IMG/VR virus record: IMGVR_UViG_3300013936_000017
Location: 1-64,000 of that record
DNA from: a virus
Lineage: Duplodnaviria > Caudoviricetes
Length of the DNA stretch: 64,000 bases
Strand: one strand, 5' to 3'
Shown: positions 8,506-17,159 of the stretch, piece by piece
Layout: each line of letters starts with the position of its first letter
Position numbering within the stretch: the stretch's first letter is position 1
Program-made: the position numbers and the translations under genes
Notes under the pieces: model-generated
Told to the model about the DNA's origin: nothing
What the model saw: only the letters and a program-made list of their open reading frames with translations
The model's database searches: none

Positions 8506-9126
8506 TCACGCCTCCTTTTTGCCTTCGGTGTTGCCTGTATTGGGGCGATACCGCTCGGCAATTTCGCGGAAAGTTTCGTTACCCTGTACCGACGAACTAC
8601 GCGTAGTCATAATGAGACACTCAACGAAGCCGCCGTAAAATTTTCCGAGGACGGGGCCAAGAGAGGAATATCCGAACCAGTCAACAGCTTCGGGCGCGCC
8701 GAGCTGCTCAATGAACTTGTGGTCGACGATTGCGGGTTCAATCGAGGCAGGGCCAGCAATTGAGAAAATGTCGTGCGTGGTACCGCTCTTCCCTCTGAAA
8801 CTGAACGGCGTCATAACGGCCGGGTAGGTGCAGACGGAAGCGTTGCTTTCCCACACTTTTAGGATTGTTTCGATGTCGAGAATTTTGTTGCCGAGATTGA
8901 CGAACTCGCCAGGCGCCGGTTGCGCAACCATGGAGGCGGGCTGAATCAGCTCGTAAAGAACGGGCGCGATTCGATAGGAGACGCTTCCGTTGATGATATA
9001 GATCCAGTCGTCCGCGCTGAACTCCTCAACGTTCGGGCGCCCGATTGTAAAAGCGGACGTTTTCGCGGCGCGCTTGAAAAATTGAACAAACTTCGGGGTG
9101 AAATAAGAGGCTGTTTTCTTTCCCAT
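8506..9126 (-). CDS. Hypothetical protein
   Basis: 206-aa ORF with AAAGGA RBS in the leftward operon. Confidence 0.7.
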   Translation of the reverse strand: MGKKTASYFTPKFVQFFKRAAKTSAFTIGRPNVEEFSADDWIYIINGSVSYRIAPVLYELIQPASMVAQPAPGEFVNLGNKILDIETILKVWESNASVCTYPAVMTPFSFRGKSGTTHDIFSIAGPASIEPAIVDHKFIEQLGAPEAVDWFGYSSLGPVLGKFYGGFVECLIMTTRSSSVQGNETFREIAERYRPNTGNTEGKKEA

Positions 9127-9173
9127 AGTAAACGTGTCCTTTCTGCCATCGTGACCTCCGGGGCGGGATTTTG

Positions 9174-9644
9174 TTAATATCCTAAAATTGCAAGCACCTT
9201 TTTGATGTGCGCGGCGCGCTCGAGGTCATCGGCCTTGTTTGCGACGCCGCCATCAATATAATCATTGTCAGTGATGTATTGATTAAGCCCGGAAAGCTCC
9301 GATTGCATGTCGCGGACAAAAAACGGATTGACTTTACCACGCGATACCTGGTTTTCCGCAGATTCAATTTCCCGCGCCCACTGCGTTTTTTTTGCGGCCA
9401 TGCGCGCTGCCTGCTGCTCCTCGGGCGTCGGACCAAATGATAGCATATAATAATGCCCACGATGAGACAAGGTGACATCTCGGTCATTCCAGCGCATATA
9501 TTTACACACCTTACCCGTTTGCATCATTGCACCGACATAGGCGGCCTGTTTGTCCGTAACGATGATGCCATTATAACGCTTATCGCGCCCAAGATACCGC
9601 AATAGCAACGACGGGAGCAGGGTATCAGTCGTCCAATTTGGCAC
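9174..9644 (-). CDS. Hypothetical protein, first gene of the early block
   Basis: GTG start with AAGGAGG RBS. Confidence 0.7.
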   Translation of the reverse strand: MPNWTTDTLLPSLLLRYLGRDKRYNGIIVTDKQAAYVGAMMQTGKVCKYMRWNDRDVTLSHRGHYYMLSFGPTPEEQQAARMAAKKTQWAREIESAENQVSRGKVNPFFVRDMQSELSGLNQYITDNDYIDGGVANKADDLERAAHIKKVLAILGY

Positions 9645-11038
9645 GTTATATTACCTCCTTTTTGTTTTTTTTGTCGTTGTGGTTGTTTTGCTTTCTGGCA
9701 TTATACTATCACGGGCATTCCCCTATTGCAAGCGTTTTTTATGTTTTTTTACTATAACTTATATTTCTGCTTGCGGCCTATATTGTCTATTATATTGTAT
9801 ATGCTGTGTCCACGCACGACGCACATTTGTCTATTTAGTTCGATAAAGAAAACGGCGTTCACGATTTCCGAGGGTAGTTATAGCGGTACGAGGCCAAAAC
9901 GGCTCACAGGCTAAAAAAATGGCCTTATATTTGATTCGTTGGCTGATTGTATGGAGGACGAACATATATAGCTGCATTCAGGCCTGATATTATATTATAT
10001 TATATTAAACTATCTATATTTCAACTCACTACGTTCATTGGAATATAGATAGTTTTCAATCAAACAATACGTCCTTGCGGCCGATTGTTTGATTGTACTA
10101 TATATTATTTATATAGTTATTATATTGTTCGTGGCCTGAACTATTATAGCGATGATTGATAGCTACATAATTATTGATACTATATATGATTGCAACACTG
10201 ATTATTGAATATGAAAATTGATAGTAGATTTAATAATTATAGCATTAACGAACGTTGTATTCAGAATGTAAATAATGAATGTGATGACTATATATATTAT
10301 AAGTGCAGTGAATGTGGTGAGTATATCTATAACTATGGCATATATGTTTATAAGTATATCAATAGGTATATCGAGGGATGATATATTGGGAGATGATATA
10401 TTGAGGGATGATATACTAGTTCACGTTGCTTTCGTAATGCGCGTAGAATTAGTATATAAATTAGTCTCGACTAACACTCCGAAAAATTTTCGACTCCGGA
10501 AATTCGTTGAAAATTCAACGTTTTCAGGGCTAAACACTTCATTTAACTAAAAAACGCTTGCCAATGTGCATTATACGTTGTATGTTCTGGAAAACCTTCC
10601 AGATTTGGTAATTTATGGTAGAAATGTTGTTGTTAGTCCGAACTAACTAGCCCGGGGGTATGTTTAGGATACTGATTGTCAGTCTACGAAGAAAGCATGT
10701 GTAGCACCAACACACCCAAAAAACGTAATCAACTACACCAATAATTATCATTGTTACATTTTCATTTACTACAATCATAAACATCACTAGAACTATTCAT
10801 AATATATAATAAATATTTATGATTACATCAACTAACACGCACTCAAAACGTAATCGATTACCGTTATAATCACTAATATATTAACTATATTATATCAAAC
10901 TGCCACTATCATTATCGCGACACTAATTAACACTTGGAACATATATTAAGCTCGTATGAACTATCACTATAATTATTCAAAATAATAATCATTATCATTA
11001 TGCTAAATAATCCTACCCTCATGAGAATCATAAAATAC

Positions 11039-11067
11039 TTGACAAACTAAGAAAAGTATGATATAAT
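11039..11067 (+). promoter_or_regulatory. Consensus sigma-A promoter with extended -10
   Basis: TTGACA-17-TATAAT with TG upstream of -10. Confidence 0.85.
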
Positions 11068-11256
11068 TAAACAAAGCGGCAAAATTATCGCTCTATGGGC
11101 AATATCCGCAAGAATCGCCTTTATTTATTAGTGATTATGAATTTTTGTCACTTTGGTGAAGCTAATATAGCGTAGCTATATATATTACTGTCACGAAAGT
11201 GACAAAAATTTTTTAACAAGTGACAAAAAAAATAAAAAGAAAGGATAAATAAGAAA

Positions 11257-12288
11257 ATGAAAGAATTATGGCCCATTGAAGCAAACATGACAGAAGAACA
11301 GCAGCTCATGGCTAAAATGAAAAAAGTAGAGGGGCAAGAATTAAAATATCCGGCTTTATGTTCTGCGTTAGGGATTACGAAAAAAGGCGGCAAGTCAAAA
11401 ATTTTACAGATTGAAAATCTTAACCAATATTGCAAACTTGAAGTCCTTCAGAATCCAACACGTTATGTCATCCTTGATGTATATGAAGAAGCTGATGCAA
11501 TAATTAATGAACTAAAAAAAGACAGTTATCAAGCTGCTTTTGAAGCCGCTCTTTACCAAATATTTTTAAAGACAAATTGTGAAACCATTTATGCCTCAAC
11601 CTCAAATCTTCTTACGCTATTTAAGGAAGTTAATCACAATTTCAACTACACATACAGCCAAGAGCTTGTCATGAGTGACCGCTATCGTTACATGAGCACC
11701 ATGAATGATGTTGTCTTTGAAATTCTATCTCAATGGACTCGAAGAAAATTAGAGCGAATGCACGCTCGTCACGTTATTCTATTATCTCGTGGCTATCGGC
11801 TCTACAAAAAGATAAAATCATCAATCAACGGTAAAGAATATGTTTCTACTTATGATGTTCCAATTGATTCAGAAGACTACAAGACTTGTATGACGATTTA
11901 TGCTGACGCCATTAGAAATATCTTACCAAACAATTGGGGCGAGGTTGTCAATGATAAAATTTTCAGGCCATATGTCCAAAAAGAAACATGGGATGCATTT
12001 CAAAATGAACTTGAACGATTAACATTGAGCGAATTCAACGGCGAGTATTTTACAGTTAAAGAAATTTATGTCATCAAACCATCTCAAAAGGATTGGGTTG
12101 CCAAACGACTACTTGAATTATATCAGGATTATCCATCATTTGAGAAAATCAATCAAGAGGCTTGTTCTAAGATAATTAAGACTAGCCAGCTGCCACACGT
12201 CAACGGAGAACAGAAACGTGAATTTATCTCTATCAATATGTTAATTAACCCATCTGTTTCACTAAAAGAGTTGGTTGAAAATGACTAA
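11257..12288 (+). CDS. Hypothetical 343-aa protein, possibly DNA-binding
   Basis: Long ORF with own promoter and terminator; repeated motif upstream. Confidence 0.8.
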   Translation: MKELWPIEANMTEEQQLMAKMKKVEGQELKYPALCSALGITKKGGKSKILQIENLNQYCKLEVLQNPTRYVILDVYEEADAIINELKKDSYQAAFEAALYQIFLKTNCETIYASTSNLLTLFKEVNHNFNYTYSQELVMSDRYRYMSTMNDVVFEILSQWTRRKLERMHARHVILLSRGYRLYKKIKSSINGKEYVSTYDVPIDSEDYKTCMTIYADAIRNILPNNWGEVVNDKIFRPYVQKETWDAFQNELERLTLSEFNGEYFTVKEIYVIKPSQKDWVAKRLLELYQDYPSFEKINQEACSKIIKTSQLPHVNGEQKREFISINMLINPSVSLKELVEND

Positions 12289-12340
12289 AAAATAATCCTC
12301 TCTACAGCCAAAATTCAGGCCATAGAGAGGATTTTATTAT
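12289..12340. terminator. Bidirectional intrinsic terminator
   Basis: aatcctctcta...tagagaggatt stem between convergent genes. Confidence 0.75.
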
Positions 12341-12346
12341 ATCCGG

Positions 12347-13048
12347 TTAAATCAATCGAGACATCAAGATACTGGTTGTCAAATCGCCAATTCTATTGAC
12401 ATAATTGCAGTTGAATAATTCTGGATTTGGCACGGCGTTTCCAAGGTCGATTACAAGTTCATGAGTGTCATAAGCAATTTCATCTGTTAGCTGCGGCGTC
12501 GCATAGATTACAATATCTCTATCCATCGTAGCGAACATCATATCTTTAGTCTGTGAATGCGCCACGGTTACTGTAGCGCCCCTATAAATCAAATGCTTGG
12601 CCAAATTTTGGACTGAATCTCCGCGCCCGACAATTGTTATATCAATTCCCTGAATGTCAAAGAAACATTCACAAATCAATTCATATATTGCTTCAGACAC
12701 TGCTGGCATTCCAAATGATTTCAAGCTGCAATCAACATCCATCAAGTCGGCAATTTCGCTATCAACACCATGCAAGCTCTTAGCCACTAACATTCTATCA
12801 CAGGTTTCGGTGTCGATTATAAATCCATTGCATTTGCAATTTTTAAGTAAATCAAAATCATTGAACGACACTAGGCAGTTGAATTTTGCCGCCTTTTTAG
12901 CCACTTGCCTCAAAAATACACTATTTTCGTTGCCAAACAATACCAGTGGCTTTAATGATTCATAGTGTATATCTAAATACTTTTTTCTTTCCGCCGTTTC
13001 TTCGTCAATCTTGCCTGCAAGAAATTTGACGATTCCATTTGCATTCAT
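12347..13048 (-). CDS. folD: FolD-like methylene-THF dehydrogenase/cyclohydrolase, divergent and short
   Basis: DVDC...PA, ITIVGRG..V..LA..L...GATVTVAHSQT, VIDLG, IG.LT resemble the FolD NAD(P)-binding domain. Confidence 0.7.
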   Translation of the reverse strand: MNANGIVKFLAGKIDEETAERKKYLDIHYESLKPLVLFGNENSVFLRQVAKKAAKFNCLVSFNDFDLLKNCKCNGFIIDTETCDRMLVAKSLHGVDSEIADLMDVDCSLKSFGMPAVSEAIYELICECFFDIQGIDITIVGRGDSVQNLAKHLIYRGATVTVAHSQTKDMMFATMDRDIVIYATPQLTDEIAYDTHELVIDLGNAVPNPELFNCNYVNRIGDLTTSILMSRLI

Positions 13049-13051
13049 ATA

Positions 13052-13216
13052 TCATCCGTCCTTATCGTTTACACAAGTTCCTTTTGTCCATACATAGCAA
13101 TTACATTTATTACACCAAGCACGCACATCTTCACCATATCCAAACCGCCCGGTATCAGACTCGTCAAGCTGTGGACAATTTGCACATCTATGCAATGGAT
13201 TCGTATTATTATTCAT
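13052..13216 (-). CDS. 54-aa Cys-rich protein
   Basis: Read by hand: MNNNTNPLHRCANCPQ...WCNKCNCYVWTKGTC; fills the operon gap. Confidence 0.55.
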   Translation of the reverse strand: MNNNTNPLHRCANCPQLDESDTGRFGYGEDVRAWCNKCNCYVWTKGTCVNDKDG

Positions 13217-13325
13217 CTTTATATTCATTCGTCATTGCAGCATTTGTACAACATGGACAAGTGGTCATATCATGGCTAGAAACAATGAATTCAATTACGC
13301 ATTTAGGGCAGTAGCATTTAATCAT
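13209..13325 (-). CDS. 38-aa zinc-ribbon protein
   Basis: MIKCYCPKC...TTCPCC; GAGGTG RBS; overlaps both neighbours. Confidence 0.55.
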   Translation of the reverse strand: MIKCYCPKCVIEFIVSSHDMTTCPCCTNAAMTNEYKDE

Positions 13326-13743
13326 AATCAATCACCTCATGAGCATATCCGTCATATGTTGTGTAGTAGATATTCTTAATCCCCATCTCTTTGATTAGCT
13401 GCATACAAGCAGGACATGGATGCGCCATAGCACGTTTTTCATCTTTGTGTTGACGATATACAAACAGCTCTATCTTGCTAAAATCAACGTCAAGGGCTTT
13501 AATTTTGCCCAGAACGACCGTTTCGCTATGTAGGGTATGATTCATGCCACTGGCCTCAATATCAAAGCCACGGGCGAAATTTAGGCGTTTCTGGACAGGG
13601 CTTGTTTTGTTCATATTGTAGCCAACAGCGAGAATCGAGCCTTTGTACATAATTGCCGACCCAAGATGATGCTGTTTAAACGTGCTATTCATGCTGGCCT
13701 TTTTGGCTGCTTCAAAGCCTCGTTCAATTCTCTTCTGGCTCAT
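13318..13743 (-). CDS. Zinc-dependent cytidine/dCMP deaminase-family protein
   Basis: HxE (LHSE) and PCxxC (PCPAC) motifs; GGAGG RBS before ATG 13743. Confidence 0.88.
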   Translation of the reverse strand: MSQKRIERGFEAAKKASMNSTFKQHHLGSAIMYKGSILAVGYNMNKTSPVQKRLNFARGFDIEASGMNHTLHSETVVLGKIKALDVDFSKIELFVYRQHKDEKRAMAHPCPACMQLIKEMGIKNIYYTTYDGYAHEVIDYD

Positions 13744-14146
13744 AGTTGAATGAAGCCTCCTCGTATTCATCTGTTCCATAGATGAAATTGCATTTGCATG
13801 ATTTACATGGTTCTTCTGTGCATTTATCTATCTCTGGGTCGTATGATGTCATTCCAAGTGCATCGTATTTGCAAGTATCGCAATCATATTCGTCATTGTA
13901 TTTGTCTGCTGATTCCACATTTTTAGCTTCAAGCTCTTGAATTAGACGGTCAATGTACCAGCGGCTCTTAAATGCGTCCTCCAAGCCATTCTTGTTCTCG
14001 TAGCGCCAGAGATATTTGATTACATTAGCTACACATACAGCCTCGATTCCAGTTTTACCAACAGTAGCAGATTTAATTGCGTCGATGCATTCAATGCCGC
14101 CCTGACAATAATGTGCTGGATGCAAAACGTTGTCCATATTGTTCAT
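13724..14146 (-). CDS. DUF3310 family protein with Cys-rich C terminus
   Basis: VLHPAHY.QGGIECIDAI, NVIKYLWRY..KNG.ED..K..WY. Confidence 0.88.
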   Translation of the reverse strand: MNNMDNVLHPAHYCQGGIECIDAIKSATVGKTGIEAVCVANVIKYLWRYENKNGLEDAFKSRWYIDRLIQELEAKNVESADKYNDEYDCDTCKYDALGMTSYDPEIDKCTEEPCKSCKCNFIYGTDEYEEASFNYEPEEN

Positions 14147-14196
14147 TCTTTCCATTTCCACACAAATCCTCCTGCCGTTCTAGAATGGCGTCCATT

Positions 14197-14688
14197 CTAA
14201 GAATATTCTCTACAAACATTGCATATGTTGCTTCTATTTATACCTGTTATTTTTGAAGCTTCAGAAGCAGATTTATATTCTGCGATTATAAGTCCATTTT
14301 TTAATTGCAATACCGGTTTGTCTCCATCCGTTTTATGCAATCCAGTTCTTCTCGCATGAAGATTATTTTGTCTAGCAGTCACCCATTCTAAGTTAGATAC
14401 ATTGAAATTTAATTTATTTCCATCAATATGATTCACTTGTGGCAGATTATCTGGATTTTCAATGAACTCTATTGCTACGCATCTATGTACGTTTACAACT
14501 TTATATTTTCCATCTACATTACAACTAAACACTAAATATCCTCGTTTACTTGGGCTTAATTTTAATATTTGTTTTGTTGACGAATTTCTAATTCTTCCCA
14601 AGTTACTTACTTCATATTTCTCATCTAAGAATTTTATTGTTTTCCAAATTTCATCTATTTCATTCGGATGTTCGACATTATTATTCAT
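14197..14688 (-). CDS. Free-standing NUMOD4-HNH-NUMOD1 homing endonuclease (premature TAG; frame continues to 14143)
   Basis: EIWK..YEVSNLGRIR, VHR.VA..F, VNHIDGNKLN..VSNLEW; RTAGGFVWK lies after the TAG. Confidence 0.9.
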   Translation of the reverse strand: MNNNVEHPNEIDEIWKTIKFLDEKYEVSNLGRIRNSSTKQILKLSPSKRGYLVFSCNVDGKYKVVNVHRCVAIEFIENPDNLPQVNHIDGNKLNFNVSNLEWVTARQNNLHARRTGLHKTDGDKPVLQLKNGLIIAEYKSASEASKITGINRSNICNVCREYS

Positions 14689-14751
14689 TATTCATCCTCC
14701 CAAGTTCTATTTTTCTTAATAATTTCAAAATGTTCTTTTTTACTCACACGA

Positions 14752-15903
14752 TTATTCATTCTCTTGTTCATCATATGTGCCATAATGCACATCTTGCTCA
14801 AACACGTCTCTAAGTGCATTAATCGCAACCTTGACATCCCCATAGAAAAATTCACGGTTTGGTGCAACACGGTCTTTATCAAAGAAATTGTGCATAGATG
14901 ATTCGATTTCAAATGCATCATCACTAAAGCAATATGCTTTAAGCTCGAACGGAAACGGAATGCTGCTCGAACTAAGCTCAGAAATTCTGGCTTGCGGCCC
15001 AGACAATCTACGACTAACACCGCATTTGTACATTCCCGGAAGCGACGGAGATGTGATTAAATAAACCCAGCCGCTCTTTGGGTGCTCGATGCGCCAGTCA
15101 ATATCTGTTAGTCGCTTATCAAGGTTTGCCATTTCAGCCTTGATTTCTTTTCTTTCGGCCTCAGACAATGCTTTGGCAAATGCAATATCGAGGGCTTCTT
15201 TCTCTGCTTTAATGCGCTTACGTTCCTTTTCTGCATCAAGCAAAAGCTGTTCTTGTTCTTTCATGCGTCTACGCTCTTCACGAATAGCTGCTTTTTCACA
15301 GTCTTTGGCGTTCTTCAAGTCTAAACTCAGGGCAAGTCGTTCAATGCATAATTCGAGATATTTCTTGCTCATGCTGATGCCAAGTAAATCGCCCTGTTTA
15401 TTCATAGCTTCAAATTTTTTATTAAGCAGTTCAACTGTTTTTGAATAATTTGCCGTTGTCACAGCTTTAGCTTTTTTCTCGTAGTAGCTATTAAATCCCA
15501 TGACGAGATTATTGCAAAATGTCTGCTGGAATCTAGCGCCTCTGGATTCGGACTTGTCGATAGTGTAAACGCGACTTGTGATAGCAATCTGCTTATTGCC
15601 AATCATGGACGCAATTCTATCATCGACTTTGTTGATTTGTAGCTCAATGTCTGATAAACAATCTTTGGCCGGAGTATATTCCATTCCCAACTCCTGCATT
15701 TCAACGACGCCATTAACGAGGCCAAGTTCTTGCTTTTTGTCGTTAACCTCTCTGGTGACATCGGCAACTTCTTTCATCTTGGTGCGAAGATTCCCATTGG
15801 CCTTATCCAGTTCATAGTTCTTTTTGTTGATTTCTGCTTGGAGATGACAAATCTGATTGTTTAGCTTTTCAATCTTCTGCTTTTTCTTTCTGGTTTCAAA
15901 CAT
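14752..15903 (-). CDS. Coiled coil + DUF4041 + T5orf172/MUG113 GIY-YIG nuclease (SNIPE-like architecture)
   Basis: EKAAIREERRRMKEQE coiled coil, GWVYLITS...MYKCGVSRR...RISEL...PFPF...E..MH...REFF; own TTGACA-17-TACAAT promoter near 15965-15937. Confidence 0.8.
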   Translation of the reverse strand: MFETRKKKQKIEKLNNQICHLQAEINKKNYELDKANGNLRTKMKEVADVTREVNDKKQELGLVNGVVEMQELGMEYTPAKDCLSDIELQINKVDDRIASMIGNKQIAITSRVYTIDKSESRGARFQQTFCNNLVMGFNSYYEKKAKAVTTANYSKTVELLNKKFEAMNKQGDLLGISMSKKYLELCIERLALSLDLKNAKDCEKAAIREERRRMKEQEQLLLDAEKERKRIKAEKEALDIAFAKALSEAERKEIKAEMANLDKRLTDIDWRIEHPKSGWVYLITSPSLPGMYKCGVSRRLSGPQARISELSSSSIPFPFELKAYCFSDDAFEIESSMHNFFDKDRVAPNREFFYGDVKVAINALRDVFEQDVHYGTYDEQENE

Positions 15904-16301
15904 TGGCTTCACGGCCTTTCGTTTACTGATGGCATGATTGTAGCACAATGAACTTTATTTGTCAAGCAGAGAATTGTTACAAAGTTTGTAACAAAATTTT
16001 CAATCTTTCTTTCCTTTCCCCCACACCCCCTATTCTATCTATCTAACTATACTAGTTATTATATATATATTCATACTACTAATAGTTAATACTCTTAGTA
16101 TATATACTAAGTAACTCTAGTAATTTCTTCTTTCTTTATATATTTCTTTCTTCTTTTTTAATTGTATATAGTAATACTATGTATTACTATATAATACTAT
16201 ATTAGATTATAACATAGATTACATAGTTTGTCAAGTAGTAAATTAACGCGCGCGCGAGGACTTCGTAACATTGATGTGAAAAATTTTTCTAAAATTCATA
16301 C

Positions 16302-16330
16302 TTGACAAAATTGATTTAATGTGATACAAT
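16302..16330 (+). promoter_or_regulatory. Sigma-A promoter for the BRO/RNA polymerase operon
   Basis: TTGACA-17-TACAAT with TG extension. Confidence 0.8.
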
Positions 16331-16358
16331 TGACACAAAGAATGAATCCTAGAGAGAG

Positions 16359-17027
16359 GTGGATTTAATGGAATTTAAGGAATTTGCGTACACTACACAG
16401 AAAATTCGCACGATTGATATTGATGGTGAGCCGTGGTTTGTTGTGAAAGATGTATGTGACATTCTTGGTGTGAAAAATTACAAGAATGTTACCGCAAGAC
16501 TTAGAGAGAACGAAAAGAAAGTGATTAACGTCCACGACGTGGACTTAAATCATAAACGTAGGGGTTCTCCAAAATTGACAATGGTGAATGAGCCGGGATT
16601 ATATAGGACAATCTTTTCGTTTGAACCGAAGAACGTTAGAGGCAAGTCTATCGATGAAGTGCAGGAAAGAATTGAACGTTTAGATAAATTCAAGGACTGG
16701 ATTTATTATGAAGTCCTCCCGTCTATTCGCAAAACTGGCCAATATGTAGACTTCGAGCATAAATTCGATAAACTTTGTCCAATTTCGTTTGACCGCGAGA
16801 ATTCGACTCACGCAATTCATAAGTTGGCATTATCTCGTGGAATGTCGTACAAAGATAGTGAGAAACTTTGGCGTGAAATGTATATCAAATTTAGCCGTAA
16901 GTTAGGTTTTAATATCGACGCCAAAGCCAAAGCGGAAGGAATTACAAAGATTGAGTGGTTGGAGAAGCATGAACTAATCAATCAATTCAACGATTTTATC
17001 GAGCAGCAAGTAGGTGAGAAAAATTAA
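16359..17027 (+). CDS. BRO-N domain antirepressor-like regulator
   Basis: IRTIDIDGEPWFVVKDVCDILG, VNEPGLY, FKDWIYYEVLPSIRKTG. Confidence 0.92.
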   Translation: MDLMEFKEFAYTTQKIRTIDIDGEPWFVVKDVCDILGVKNYKNVTARLRENEKKVINVHDVDLNHKRRGSPKLTMVNEPGLYRTIFSFEPKNVRGKSIDEVQERIERLDKFKDWIYYEVLPSIRKTGQYVDFEHKFDKLCPISFDRENSTHAIHKLALSRGMSYKDSEKLWREMYIKFSRKLGFNIDAKAKAEGITKIEWLEKHELINQFNDFIEQQVGEKN

Positions 17028-17159
17028 GTGTGGACAGAGATGAGTTATTATAAATACCATCAATCGACAAGATTTGATGACGAAGAGGTTGATGATGTTA
17101 TTTTGGCATTAGATGAGCTGATTGTTGAAGAAGAAATGTTTGATATTGAGGATGAATAA
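17028..17159 (+). CDS. 43-aa highly acidic mini-protein
   Basis: Read by hand: MWTEMSYYKYHQSTRFDDEEVDDVILALDELIVEEEMFDIEDE; TAATG overlap with the polymerase start. Confidence 0.55.
   Translation: MWTEMSYYKYHQSTRFDDEEVDDVILALDELIVEEEMFDIEDE

Noticed and set aside
14197-14199. Genome-wide TAG recoding (genetic code 15)
   Set aside because: Long genes are intact in code 11, the portal and 33619 genes end sensibly at TAG, and no suppressor tRNA was seen; this looks like an isolated nonsense change
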